Notes under the pieces: generated by a model
Seen by the model: only the letters and a program-made list of their open reading frames with translations
Told to the model about the DNA's origin: nothing
Databases searched by the model: none
Position numbers and translations under genes: made by a program
Shown: piece after piece, positions 28,128-37,357 of the stretch
How the letters are laid out: the number at the start of each line of letters is the position of its first letter
Position numbering within the stretch: the first letter of the stretch is position 1
NCBI GenBank assembly: GCA_023447635.1
Contig: JAEXNA010000221.1
Coordinates: 4,063 to 68,062 of the forward strand
From: Vulcanimicrobiota bacterium
GTDB lineage: Bacteria > Vulcanimicrobiota > Xenobia > Xenobiales > JADMJV01
Length of the DNA stretch: 64,000 bases
Reading direction: 5' to 3'

Positions 28128-29679
28128 CCAGGCGCTCCGAAGCCAGGTCCAGGTTCGCGGTAGGCTCATCGAGCACCAGAAGGCGCGGCTTCCTCAGGAG
28201 CGCTCGAACCAGTCCCAGTCGCTGACGCTCGCCGATGGAAAAATCCTGACCGGCGTCCAACAGAACCGTATCCAGGCCTTCAGGCATCGCTCGGCATCGC
28301 TCTTCGAGCCCCAGCAGCCTCAGCTGGCGCCAGGCCTCCTCATCATCCCGATCTCCCTGATAGCCCAGCCACAGATTATTCCGTAGCGAGGTGCCGAATA
28401 AGAAAGCTTGCTGGGGCACGTAGGCTAGCGATCGACGCCACTCCTTACCTTTCGGAAAGACCTGCTCTCCCATCACGACCCGTCCGGAATCCGGCGAGAG
28501 TAGGCCCAGTAAGATATCTGTCAGCGTCGACTTCCCCGATCCCGACGGTCCGCTCAGGCAGCTCCAGCTGCCGCTAGGTAGCTGGAAGGCGACTCGGGAC
28601 AAGCCGCGTCCGCTGGGATAGCGAAAGTCGACGTCCTGGACTAGCACTCCATCCCCGTCCCCCCAGGAGATATGAAGCGGGGGCCCTTCCTGAACTTGAT
28701 GGCCCTCGAGCTCCCGGAGAAGCCGCTCGACTTTCAGCACAGCGGGCGCCAGGAAGAAAAGTTGGGTCAGCAGCGACGCCAACGACTGCGCTGCCGGGGT
28801 CAACCTGGCCATGGCATAAAGCAGCACCAGAAGCTCGGCGGCCGGCATATGGCGCACCGTTACCGCCCACCAGACGAATCCGGCCAGGACCAGCAGCGAA
28901 GCCACCCGGGTCCAGGCGCTCTGGCCGGCCTCGTCCCTGGCAACCTCGATAGCAACCTGCCGGCGCCGGTCGGTCAGGCGGCACAACTCGGCCAGGTAAA
29001 CCTCTTCAGCGCCGCAGCTCCGAAACGATTTGTAGCCGACCAGAAAGTTCGCCAGCTGGTGCGCCTGCTCCTGATAGACGGTGTCGAACTCCTCTCCCTG
29101 GTGGGTCGCTCGGGCCAGCCTTCTCATCGTGAGCCGAAGGAGAACGGCTCCGAGGGGCACCAGAACCAGAAAGACCGGTCCCACCAGAACCGAGGCTGTC
29201 ACCAGGTACACCGCAGCAAGAGTGGCTTGGCCCAGGCACGCCAGCAGAACTTGTGCCCCGCCAGACACGCGCTCGATATCGACCTGCATCGCCTGAACCA
29301 GGTCGCTGGAGCGATGCCGCAGCAGCCATTCCCATTGCACGCCCCTTAGCGCTACCGTCAATCGTAGGACCAGCCGGTGAACCGTAGTTTCCCGAAAATC
29401 CACCGCAACCAGGCTCTGATAGCGAACCCACCAGGACTGCAGCAGCCCCAGGAGCAGAAATAAGCCCAGCGCCTGGCCCAAGCCAAGCCCTGCTGCGACC
29501 GGGGGATTCGAAGAAACGCCCGCAGCTTCCAGCAGCGGTAAAAGCAGCGCCACGAACCCCAGGGTCGTGACGAAGCCGCTCAGGGTCAACGCCAGGATGT
29601 GCCACAGGCGGGCTCCATGCAGGGCGAAAAAGAACCGCCAGACCGCGCGTATCGTAGTTCGACCGCTCAAAAGTTCCAA
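27937..29679 (-). CDS. ABC transporter, fused permease/ATP-binding (lasso D / McjD-like exporter)
   Basis: 6-TM N-terminal half; Walker A LSGPSGSGKST, signature LSIGERQRLGLVRAL, Walker B LLVLDEPT. Start set to TTG ~29679/29670, overlapping the B2 stop; the track's 30090 start overlaps B2. Confidence 0.7.
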   Translation of the reverse strand: MELLSGRTTIRAVWRFFFALHGARLWHILALTLSGFVTTLGFVALLLPLLEAAGVSSNPPVAAGLGLGQALGLFLLLGLLQSWWVRYQSLVAVDFRETTVHRLVLRLTVALRGVQWEWLLRHRSSDLVQAMQVDIERVSGGAQVLLACLGQATLAAVYLVTASVLVGPVFLVLVPLGAVLLRLTMRRLARATHQGEEFDTVYQEQAHQLANFLVGYKSFRSCGAEEVYLAELCRLTDRRRQVAIEVARDEAGQSAWTRVASLLVLAGFVWWAVTVRHMPAAELLVLLYAMARLTPAAQSLASLLTQLFFLAPAVLKVERLLRELEGHQVQEGPPLHISWGDGDGVLVQDVDFRYPSGRGLSRVAFQLPSGSWSCLSGPSGSGKSTLTDILLGLLSPDSGRVVMGEQVFPKGKEWRRSLAYVPQQAFLFGTSLRNNLWLGYQGDRDDEEAWRQLRLLGLEERCRAMPEGLDTVLLDAGQDFSIGERQRLGLVRALLRKPRLLVLDEPTANLDLASERLVMQALEAYRGQMIVLVVSHQAGWLERVDQVLTLRDGVLAATSDIARGEWHSRERGAAEVAEDS

Positions 29680-30075
29680 AACGTCAGCTCCTGAAAGGCG
29701 GCCTGCTCCGCCCGACCCACCACCGCCCGACCATGAACCTCCAACCAGGCGTGGGCTCCAAACGCCTCCCCCGCTTTGACACCCAGGACCAAACGACAGG
29801 GGATGGCACGAACGCGCAAGAGCAGCGCGGCGGTCAGGGCCCGTTCCAGACATCGGGGCGACCAGGGGGCCCATCGTCCCGCCCGCTCTGTTGCCCGTCC
29901 AACCCGATCGGCCAGTTGCAGCAAGGCGGGGCTTAGACCCGTGGCGGCTCTCTCGGGGACCGTCAGGCGACGGACCTGCGACTGCCAGGGCGTGGCTCGG
30001 AACCACAGGCACACACCAAGTCCGACGAGGAACGCCTCGAAGGTCAAAAGTAGGTCCGAAAGAGAGGGCAGCCGA
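29667..30075 (-). CDS. lasso-peptide B2-like transglutaminase-fold protease, cassette 2
   Basis: RCLERALTAALLLRVRAIPCRLVLGVKAGEAFGAHAWLEVHGRAVVG; probable GTG start ~30075 (VSRLPSLSDLLLTFEAF...). Divergent from the cyclase gene. Confidence 0.55.
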
Positions 30076-30161
30076 GACACTTCTCTCCATTTGTCCTTGC
30101 CCGAGACTTCACCCTTCCCTCCGGGCAGGCGTCGGCATAGGGACAGCCCGAATCGGCGCTT

Positions 30162-31871
30162 ATGTCCGCGATCTTCGCTGTCCTCTGCCAGGGGGCGCCT
30201 CTTGGCGACGGTGACCTGCAAAGAGTTCTCGCCGCTGTTCGGCCCGGGCTATCGCCCTGGACCAGCGAGGGCCAGGTCTATCATCGTCGGCTGCCTGGTG
30301 GCTTCCTGGTCTCGACCAGGCCGATCGAAGGGCGGGACTTTGTCTACAGCGGGGCGCTTTCTGAAGCGGCTCTGGCCACCCTTGCCGACCTGGATCCGCG
30401 GCAAACAGAGAAGGAACTGGAACGGATCGATGGCGAGTTCGCCTGGGTCAAAGTCTGCCCGACATCGGGCCGGGCCGCTATCGCTCGCGACCGGTTCGGT
30501 GTCTGCCCGCTCTATTGGGCTCGGCTTGACCAGAACGTGGTCGTGTCGTCGAGCCTGACGGCCCTCAGCAGTGTATCCGGGGTGTCGCGCCAGCTCGACG
30601 ACTCGTCGGTTCTCGATTTCCTGATCTCCGGTATGCAGCGGCGCACGGAAGCCACGATATTCCGGGACATCTGGCGATTTCCGCCCGCATTCTACGCTAC
30701 CGTCGACAGCGACCAGGTTCGGCTTGCTCGCTACTGGCAGCTCCCGATCGAAGAGCCGCTCTGGTCTCTAACGGCACAGCAGTGCCGGGAGCAGCTCCTC
30801 GAAAGGCTGGACCGCGCGGTGACACGCCAGGCTTGCCCCCAGCACACCGGCCTCATGCTCAGCGGCGGTCTCGACTCGGCGCTGATCGCCGCCTCCCTGA
30901 CCGGCCATCTGGGTCCGCGCCAGCTCAGCCGGAAGACGACCGCCTTTACTCTGGGTTATCACGGCGACCGGGAAGTCCAACTAGCCGCCCTCAGCGCTAG
31001 CACGCTGGGGCTGGCCCACCTCGTGACCCTTGACGATTTCCAAGCCAGACCAGGGGGGGAAGCGCGGCGCTCTACCCCGCAGCCCGACCCGGAACCTTAC
31101 AGAGCCGCCCAGCAAAAGATCAACCGAGCCGTCCAGGAGCAGAATATTTCGGTAGTCCTGATGGGCGAAGACGGCGACGCCTTGTTCCGCCCCCCCACCG
31201 TCCTCGAACTGCTGCTCTCGGCCGGACCTATCAGGACAGCGGTCGAGGCAATCCGCAACGCGCGTCACCCCTGGCGGCAACGCCCCGATCTTGGTTTGCG
31301 ACGCCAGCTCCGAAGGTCGGCCCTAACGCCCGCGCCGACCCCGCCTTTCCCCCGATGGATACGGCCCGAGGCGCCCACTTTGGACTCGGCCCTGGCCCGC
31401 TGGGAATCCGCCTGGCAAGACCCAGTCGTGCACCCCTGGCGACCGCGCAGCTACGCCGACCTGACGGACTCGGCCGCGCTCGGCAACTTCTTCGAAAGCC
31501 TCTCGCCAGAATGGACCGGGACCCCGACAACCTACAAGCTCCCTCTGTTCGATCTCGACCTGGTCCAGTGGGCCCTGCGCCTACCGCCCTGGCCGTGGTG
31601 CCTGGACAAACGGCTCCTTCGCGAAATTCTCCGGCCCATTCTGCCATCAGCGATCGTCGACCGAGGCAAAACGGGATTCACCGTCGCCTCGAGCCAATGG
31701 TCTCCGGCGCCCGAAATCCTCGAGGCCCTTCATCCCGGCCTAAACCGCTGGGTCGACCTAGCAGGGATAAGAAAGGAGAAAAACAATCTCATGCATGACG
31801 ACAGCCTCGAGGTTCGCTATCGAATCCTGGGATTATCGCGATGGATGAAAGATATCGAGGGAGCACGATGA
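30162..31871 (+). CDS. asparagine-synthetase-like lasso cyclase (lasso C)
   Basis: N-terminal MSAIFAVL (Ntn-amidotransferase-like start without the catalytic Cys, as in lasso cyclases); PP-loop LMLSGGLDSALIAASL. Confidence 0.7.
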   Translation: MSAIFAVLCQGAPLGDGDLQRVLAAVRPGLSPWTSEGQVYHRRLPGGFLVSTRPIEGRDFVYSGALSEAALATLADLDPRQTEKELERIDGEFAWVKVCPTSGRAAIARDRFGVCPLYWARLDQNVVVSSSLTALSSVSGVSRQLDDSSVLDFLISGMQRRTEATIFRDIWRFPPAFYATVDSDQVRLARYWQLPIEEPLWSLTAQQCREQLLERLDRAVTRQACPQHTGLMLSGGLDSALIAASLTGHLGPRQLSRKTTAFTLGYHGDREVQLAALSASTLGLAHLVTLDDFQARPGGEARRSTPQPDPEPYRAAQQKINRAVQEQNISVVLMGEDGDALFRPPTVLELLLSAGPIRTAVEAIRNARHPWRQRPDLGLRRQLRRSALTPAPTPPFPRWIRPEAPTLDSALARWESAWQDPVVHPWRPRSYADLTDSAALGNFFESLSPEWTGTPTTYKLPLFDLDLVQWALRLPPWPWCLDKRLLREILRPILPSAIVDRGKTGFTVASSQWSPAPEILEALHPGLNRWVDLAGIRKEKNNLMHDDSLEVRYRILGLSRWMKDIEGAR

Positions 31872-31999
31872 CCGACCCTAACTACAAAAAACCCGTCCTC
31901 AAAGCCTACGGGAGCCTCAAAGAGCAGACTCTGGCCGTACGAAACGGTGTCGGCATCCGCGACAGCTCGAAGGGCAACCCGAACAACAAAACCGGGTAA
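31868..31999 (+). CDS. candidate lasso-peptide precursor (43 aa)
   Basis: MTDPNYKKPVLKAYGSLKEQTLAVRNGVGIRDSSKGNPNNKTG. Leader matches Y-x2-P-x-L-x3-G-x5-T-x exactly (Y6,P9,L11,G15,T21). Strong RBS GAGGGAG 4 nt upstream; start overlaps cyclase stop (ATGA). Confidence 0.45.
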   Translation: MTDPNYKKPVLKAYGSLKEQTLAVRNGVGIRDSSKGNPNNKTG

Positions 32000-32008
32000 A
32001 CCCGCGAC

Positions 32009-32983
32009 TTGCATCACTATTCCGTCCGCGACTACCTCGCGATGCTGGCCGACCAGCCGCGCTGGGACGCGCATCTTAAGGCCCTTTCCCAGGCTCTCCA
32101 ACCGGGCATGCAGGTAGTCGAACTCGGGTCGGGCCTCAGCACCCTGGCCGTCGCAGCGCTACGCCAGGGCGCTGCTTTGGTGCACTGCATCGAACCCAAC
32201 AACGTGATCCATACGGCCAGGCAACTCGTTGCCGGACTGGGCCTGTCGGATCGCGTCGTCTTTCACCAGAAGCTGTCCCAGGACGTCTCGCTCCCAGAGC
32301 GGGCCGATCTGATTATCGGCGACACTCGTGGTATTACGCCGCTCTACGAAAGCCATCTCAGAATCATGATCGATGTCCGAGAGCGGCTGCTCAAACCGGG
32401 GGGCGCCCTGATCCCGGGACGGGACCGCCTCTGGGCCGCCCCCATCGCCAGCCCTCCCCTCTGGGCGGACGCCACCGGAATCCTCAGCAGGCTGCCGAGG
32501 CAGTTTGGCCTGGAGGGACTTGCCCGGCATACCTGTTCCAAGCCGGTTCGCATCGGTCCAGAGTACCCAGTTCAGATGCTGGCCTCTCCTTGTCCGTGGT
32601 CGGACATCGACTACCGCACCGTCACCACCGCCGACGTCAGCGGCCGTTGCCTGTTCCGGGCCAACCAGGCGGGGGAATGTCACGGGTTCGCCGTCTGGTT
32701 CTCCGCCGAACTGCTTCCCGGCATCGGATACGACAACTCACCCGACCGTCACGACAGCATCTACGGGCAACTCTACTTTCCGCTGGGCGAAGCCGTGTCG
32801 CTTCAGGCCGATGACGAAGTCGCGCTCGAAATCAAAGCCAACCCGCTGGGCCAGGGCTATTTCTGGCGCTGGGCAACCACAGTCTGCCGAAACGGAAATA
32901 CGGTGCTACGGCTGAACCAGCAAAGCATGATTGAAAACCTTCCGCCGCTTCGAGAGCTAAATCTCGAGCATCGAGAACAATAA
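32009..32983 (+). CDS. SAM-dependent methyltransferase (class I, PRMT-like)
   Basis: VVELGSGLSTLAVAA glycine-rich SAM motif, followed by acidic motif-II region. Confidence 0.55.
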   Translation: MHHYSVRDYLAMLADQPRWDAHLKALSQALQPGMQVVELGSGLSTLAVAALRQGAALVHCIEPNNVIHTARQLVAGLGLSDRVVFHQKLSQDVSLPERADLIIGDTRGITPLYESHLRIMIDVRERLLKPGGALIPGRDRLWAAPIASPPLWADATGILSRLPRQFGLEGLARHTCSKPVRIGPEYPVQMLASPCPWSDIDYRTVTTADVSGRCLFRANQAGECHGFAVWFSAELLPGIGYDNSPDRHDSIYGQLYFPLGEAVSLQADDEVALEIKANPLGQGYFWRWATTVCRNGNTVLRLNQQSMIENLPPLRELNLEHREQ

Positions 32984-32996
32984 GGAACAGCACTGC

Positions 32997-33257
32997 ATGA
33001 CACTCAAGCCGCATCCTGACGTCGTGGTTCAGGAGGTCCAGGACGAACTGGTCCTCCTGCACCTGGGAACGGAGCAGTATTTCGGACTGGAAAAGGTCGG
33101 CATGCTCATCTGGGGCCTTCTGGGCCAGGGACTGCAGCGCGATGCCATTCTGGATCATCTGGCCCAGGAATATTCCGTCCCCAGACCCCAACTTGCCGAC
33201 GACCTGGACGACCTGTTGCAAAGCCTGCAGCAGCGCGGGTTGCTTCAGCAGGTCTGA
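32997..33257 (+). CDS. PqqD-family peptide chaperone (RRE / lasso B1), cassette 2
   Basis: 86 aa; VVQEVQDELVLLHLGTEQYFGLEKVGMLIWGLL...LQQRGLL. Confidence 0.6.
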   Translation: MTLKPHPDVVVQEVQDELVLLHLGTEQYFGLEKVGMLIWGLLGQGLQRDAILDHLAQEYSVPRPQLADDLDDLLQSLQQRGLLQQV

Positions 33258-33263
33258 ACGCCG

Positions 33264-34175
33264 GTGCCGCGCTACGATCTGCTCGGGCTTTCCGTGGAAA
33301 GCTCGCGGGCCTTCCCCGACTTCCCGCAGGCAGAATCCGCAGCGCCCCCGGACCTCCGATTACACTGGGCTCCCTCTCTCGCCTCGCTGGACCAGTTTTA
33401 CCGCGAGCGCCGGCCCGACCCATCGGCCCCCGCGACCCTGACCCTAACGAAAAGCGACCACGCGTACCATTTCGCTTACGAAGACGGAACGCGATTTCTC
33501 TTATCGGGGGATGGGGCGCAAGTCAGCGCCGTCATCGCTCCCCATCAGTCTATCGAAGACACCCTGACCTATTTTACCGGCCCCATTATGGGATTTATCC
33601 TGGCCCTTCGCGGAATATTCTGCCTGCACGCCAGCGCCGTTCTGCTCGACGGCGCGGCGGTCGCCTTTGTCGGGCCCGCCGGCGCGGGCAAATCTACCAC
33701 GGCAGCCCTGCTAAACCAGGCAGGTCTGCCCGTCATCTCTGATGACGCGCTCCCATGCCTGCCCTGCGACGGCCAGCTCCAGGTTCATTCCAGCTACCCC
33801 AGAGTGCGTCTTTGGGAAGACTCCGTTTTCAAACTCAAAGGCACACCCGACGCTTTGCCCCTGCTCACGCCAAACTGGTCGAAGCGCTATCTGCCGTTAG
33901 ACGAAGCGGGCTTCGCCTGCGGCCTTTTCCCGCTTCAGCTGATCGTCTTTCTGGGGGCCGACCCCCCCTCATTACCCACGGTGCTGCGGTTGGCTCACTC
34001 GACCTACATCGGCGACCTGCTCCCCCCAGAACGCGCCGCCCAGCATTTTGCCCACATGGCCGAACTCGCCCGGTCGGTTCCCGTAGTAAATTTCGACCGC
34101 CCGCAGAATAGCCAGGAATACCTTGCCCTACTGCGCAACACCCTTAACGCAACGCGTAGAGTGACGATGGGTTAG
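33264..34175 (+). CDS. HPr kinase/phosphorylase-related P-loop kinase, cassette 2
   Basis: CLHASAVLLDGAAVAFVGPAGAGKSTTAALL P-loop; paralogue of 12375..13316. Confidence 0.65.
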   Translation: MPRYDLLGLSVESSRAFPDFPQAESAAPPDLRLHWAPSLASLDQFYRERRPDPSAPATLTLTKSDHAYHFAYEDGTRFLLSGDGAQVSAVIAPHQSIEDTLTYFTGPIMGFILALRGIFCLHASAVLLDGAAVAFVGPAGAGKSTTAALLNQAGLPVISDDALPCLPCDGQLQVHSSYPRVRLWEDSVFKLKGTPDALPLLTPNWSKRYLPLDEAGFACGLFPLQLIVFLGADPPSLPTVLRLAHSTYIGDLLPPERAAQHFAHMAELARSVPVVNFDRPQNSQEYLALLRNTLNATRRVTMG

Positions 34176-34200
34176 CCATCCTTATCTCGAGAGATGACCC

Positions 34201-35004
34201 ATGGGCCTTGAAGACCGCTTGATACTCCTAAAAGAGCCGAACTCGCCGGTGGCAGAAAGCTACCGCTCGCTTCGTGCCGCCCTGTCGCGCAACCTGACCG
34301 AAGGCAAACGCACCTTCACCGTCGTCAGCTCCTGGGGCGGCGAAGGCAAGTCGATGGTCTCAGCCAACCTGGCCGTGGCGTTTTCCCAGCTTCTGATGGA
34401 CGTCGTGCTGGTCGACGGCGACCTTCGTCGCCCGACCATCAGCCGTGTCTTCGAGTGCGAAGACAAGCCGGGGCTGCTCAACCTTCTGCAAAAGGGTGGT
34501 CTCGCTGGCGAACACGTCCTTCCCACCGGCATCCCCCGCCTCAGCATCCTGCCGGCCGGCTCCTCTATGGAGAACCCCGGCGACTTGCTGGGCAAAGGCG
34601 GCTTCAAACAGCTCCTGGCCGATCTCCGCGGCTCGGCTGACCGCTGTGTGGTGATCGACACCTCTCCGCTGTCCGCCTGCAGCGACGCCTTGCTGATGGC
34701 GCCGCATTCCGATGGGGCCATTATGGTGGTCAACCCGGAAAAGTGGCAGGGCGAAGCCGAAGCGCACTTTGCTCAGGACCTGGAAGACCATGGAGTCGCC
34801 ATATTTGGGGCAGTCCTGAACAACGCCGACGCCAAGGAGCAGACTTCCACCTACGGAAGCGGCTACGGCTACGGCTACGGATACGGATATGGGTACGGAT
34901 ACGGGTCCCCTTCGCGTCCCGGATCGCCCACCGCGGCCGAAGCGACGGTCGAAGCCAAGGGGTCGTCCTGGAGAGACTTCTTCAAACGGGATAAGCAGAA
35001 ATAG
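34201..35004 (+). CDS. BY-kinase (CpsD/CapB-type tyrosine autokinase ATPase) with C-terminal (Y-G)n tyrosine cluster
   Basis: Walker A-like SSWGGEGKSMVSANLA, A' VLVDGDLRRP, Walker B CVVIDTSP; tail YGSGYGYGYGYGYGYGYG. Confidence 0.75.
   Translation: MGLEDRLILLKEPNSPVAESYRSLRAALSRNLTEGKRTFTVVSSWGGEGKSMVSANLAVAFSQLLMDVVLVDGDLRRPTISRVFECEDKPGLLNLLQKGGLAGEHVLPTGIPRLSILPAGSSMENPGDLLGKGGFKQLLADLRGSADRCVVIDTSPLSACSDALLMAPHSDGAIMVVNPEKWQGEAEAHFAQDLEDHGVAIFGAVLNNADAKEQTSTYGSGYGYGYGYGYGYGYGSPSRPGSPTAAEATVEAKGSSWRDFFKRDKQK
34852..34906 (+). repeat. in-frame hexanucleotide (GGCTAC/GGATAC)n microsatellite encoding the (GY)n tail of the BY-kinase
   Basis: tacggaagcggctacggctacggctacggatacggatatgggtacggatacggg. 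Confidence 0.6.
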
Positions 35005-35046
35005 GGGTAGGCGGGTACAACAACTCGCACGACAGGGGAACCGGAT

Positions 35047-36522
35047 ATGGATTTTTGGAAGAGCATCAAAGTACTCAAGCGCCGCCGCTGGACGGTGATC
35101 CTCGTCTCGTTGGCCGCCCTGGGCGCCCTGCTGGCCGCCCCCCAAACCAGGGAGACCCCGCCGCCGGTCTACCTCTCCCAAGCCAAAATTCTACTGACTC
35201 CTCCGACCGGAACCGTGAACGCCTACGGCGGCAGCGAGGCCCAGGGCGGCGTCAGCCTTTCCGATAGCTGGTTCGCCGACCAGGTGGTCCTGAACGAACT
35301 CATCTCCAGCGAAGAGCTACTTAGTCGCGTTCTGACCAAGATGCAGTCGCCCATGCCGTGGTGGGAACTGACCGAACACATCAAGGTCCGGCACATGAGC
35401 GCCGACAAAAAGGTAACCAGGCTCTTCGAACTGGCGGTCGACTCGACCGACCCCAAAGAGTCGCAAAAACTCGCCCGTCTGATCACGGACGAATTTGTCG
35501 CCTACGTGCAAGAGATCTCGGCCCGCGAGTTCGCCAACACCCGCCGCTTCATCGAAGAGCTGGTCGTCGAAGCCGAACAACGCCGAACCGAGGCCGATGT
35601 ATCGCTCCAAGATGTGCGCGAGAAGTATGCCGACTCGCTGCCGGACGACGCTATCCAGACCGAGCAGGCTTCCCTGGAACAGGTTCGCCAGCAGGCTCAG
35701 CGCGAAGCCACCGAAATCCAGGGCCAGCTCTCGTCCATCAAGTCCTACCTGGACGGGCAAACCGCCAACCCCCCCTGGTCGATCTTGGAAAACCGCGACG
35801 GCTCCCTGGGCGCCCTCGAGGCCAACGTCGCGAACCTGCGACTCGAAATCGAAAAGCTTCGCACCACCTACACGGACGAAAACGAAAAGGTCGTCACCGC
35901 CAAACAGCAACTGGCCAAAGCCGAAGAGTTGTATAAGAACAACGTCGACGCCTACGTCACCTCGCTATTCAACGACAAAAGCAGCCAACTGCAGCAGAAG
36001 CTCAATCAGAACCGAGTCGCCACCACGCAGCTCAACGACATCATGCGCAGCCGGATGACGCCGCAAGACCGCCGCGCCGTCGCCAAGCTCGAGCGAGAGA
36101 TCACGCTCTGGGAAGAAAACCACCTGAACCTGCTGCAGCAGCTGTACCAGGCCCGCGTCGTCGAGCAAAGCAGCCGCCGGCAGGGCGCGGTAACAGTACT
36201 CGAAAAGCCCCGACCGGGTGAAATTGACGAGAAAAGTATTCGCTGGAGCGCAGCAGCCAAACTCGTGATAGCCCTGCCTTTCTGTCTGGCCCTGGGCGTC
36301 GGCGCCGCCCTCCTGCGCGAGCAACTGTCCAGCTCCATGAAGCTCCGCCCCCGCATCGAAGAGATGCTCGAAGTGCCGGTCATCGCCGTCATCCCCTCTT
36401 GCCGAGACTCGTTGGTCCTGGAGTGGGAAACCTTCAAACGCGCCCCCCTTACGCCGTTGCTCAAGGAGCCTCTCCGTACCAACGGGCCCTCGAGCGCCGA
36501 ATCGTACTCTCGCAAAGAGTAG
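35047..36522 (+). CDS. polysaccharide chain-length determinant (Wzz/GumC-type, PCP N-terminal domain)
   Basis: MDFWKSIKVLKRRRWTVILVSLAALGALLAA N-terminal TM, long coiled-coil periplasmic region, C-terminal TM (LVIALPFCLALGVGAALL). Confidence 0.7.
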   Translation: MDFWKSIKVLKRRRWTVILVSLAALGALLAAPQTRETPPPVYLSQAKILLTPPTGTVNAYGGSEAQGGVSLSDSWFADQVVLNELISSEELLSRVLTKMQSPMPWWELTEHIKVRHMSADKKVTRLFELAVDSTDPKESQKLARLITDEFVAYVQEISAREFANTRRFIEELVVEAEQRRTEADVSLQDVREKYADSLPDDAIQTEQASLEQVRQQAQREATEIQGQLSSIKSYLDGQTANPPWSILENRDGSLGALEANVANLRLEIEKLRTTYTDENEKVVTAKQQLAKAEELYKNNVDAYVTSLFNDKSSQLQQKLNQNRVATTQLNDIMRSRMTPQDRRAVAKLEREITLWEENHLNLLQQLYQARVVEQSSRRQGAVTVLEKPRPGEIDEKSIRWSAAAKLVIALPFCLALGVGAALLREQLSSSMKLRPRIEEMLEVPVIAVIPSCRDSLVLEWETFKRAPLTPLLKEPLRTNGPSSAESYSRKE

Positions 36523-36586
36523 ACTGGCCGGCGCATCTCCCGAACCGGACGGGCCATTGCTTGTCCACCACCAGTAGAAAGACACT

Positions 36587-37357
36587 ATGAAAACTGTCAT
36601 CTTAGCCGGCGGGCTTGGCACGCGTATCAGCGAAGAGACTGTCTCACGGCCCAAGCCTATGGTCGAAGTCGGCGGACGACCTCTGCTCTGGCATATCATG
36701 AAGCTATACGCTCATCACGGCCTCACCGACTTCGTGGTTTGCCTGGGCTACAAAGGCTATGTCATCAAAGAGTACTTTGCGAACTACTTCCTTCACAACT
36801 CTGACGTAACGTTCCACTTGGCCGAAGACCGCATCGAGGTCCACAACACCGTCTCGGAGCCGTGGTCAGTGACGCTCGTTGACACCGGGCAGAACACCAT
36901 GACCGGCGGCAGACTAAAAAGGGTCAGGTCGTATCTCGATGGGGATCAACCCTTCTGTATGACCTACGGCGACGGGCTATCTGACGTCAACATCAGCGAC
37001 CTGGTGCGCTTCGCCAAAGACCAAGCCACCCTGGCGACGGTCACTGCGGTTCAACCGGCAGGACGCTTTGGTGCGCTCGAAACAAACGGTTCCCTGGTGA
37101 CGGCCTTCCGCGAAAAGCCGGCCGGTGCGTCCCGGATGAGCGGGGGGTTCTTCGTACTCCAACCTGCCGTCCTCGACCTGATCGAGGGCGATGAAACCCA
37201 CTGGGAACATCGACCGATGGAGACCCTGGCCGCCCAGGGCCAACTCTCTTTTTATCAGCACGACGGCTTCTGGCAGCCGATCGACACCCTGCGCGATAAG
37301 CAGCACATGGAGCAACTCTGGAGCAGCGGGAACCCTCCGTGGAACGTGTGGACCTGA
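36587..37357 (+). CDS. rfbF: glucose-1-phosphate cytidylyltransferase
   Basis: MKTVILAGGLGTRISEETVSRPKPMVEVGGRPLLWHIMKLYAHHGLTDFVVCLGYKGYVIKEYFANYFL: near-canonical RfbF N-terminus. Confidence 0.85.
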   Translation: MKTVILAGGLGTRISEETVSRPKPMVEVGGRPLLWHIMKLYAHHGLTDFVVCLGYKGYVIKEYFANYFLHNSDVTFHLAEDRIEVHNTVSEPWSVTLVDTGQNTMTGGRLKRVRSYLDGDQPFCMTYGDGLSDVNISDLVRFAKDQATLATVTAVQPAGRFGALETNGSLVTAFREKPAGASRMSGGFFVLQPAVLDLIEGDETHWEHRPMETLAAQGQLSFYQHDGFWQPIDTLRDKQHMEQLWSSGNPPWNVWT

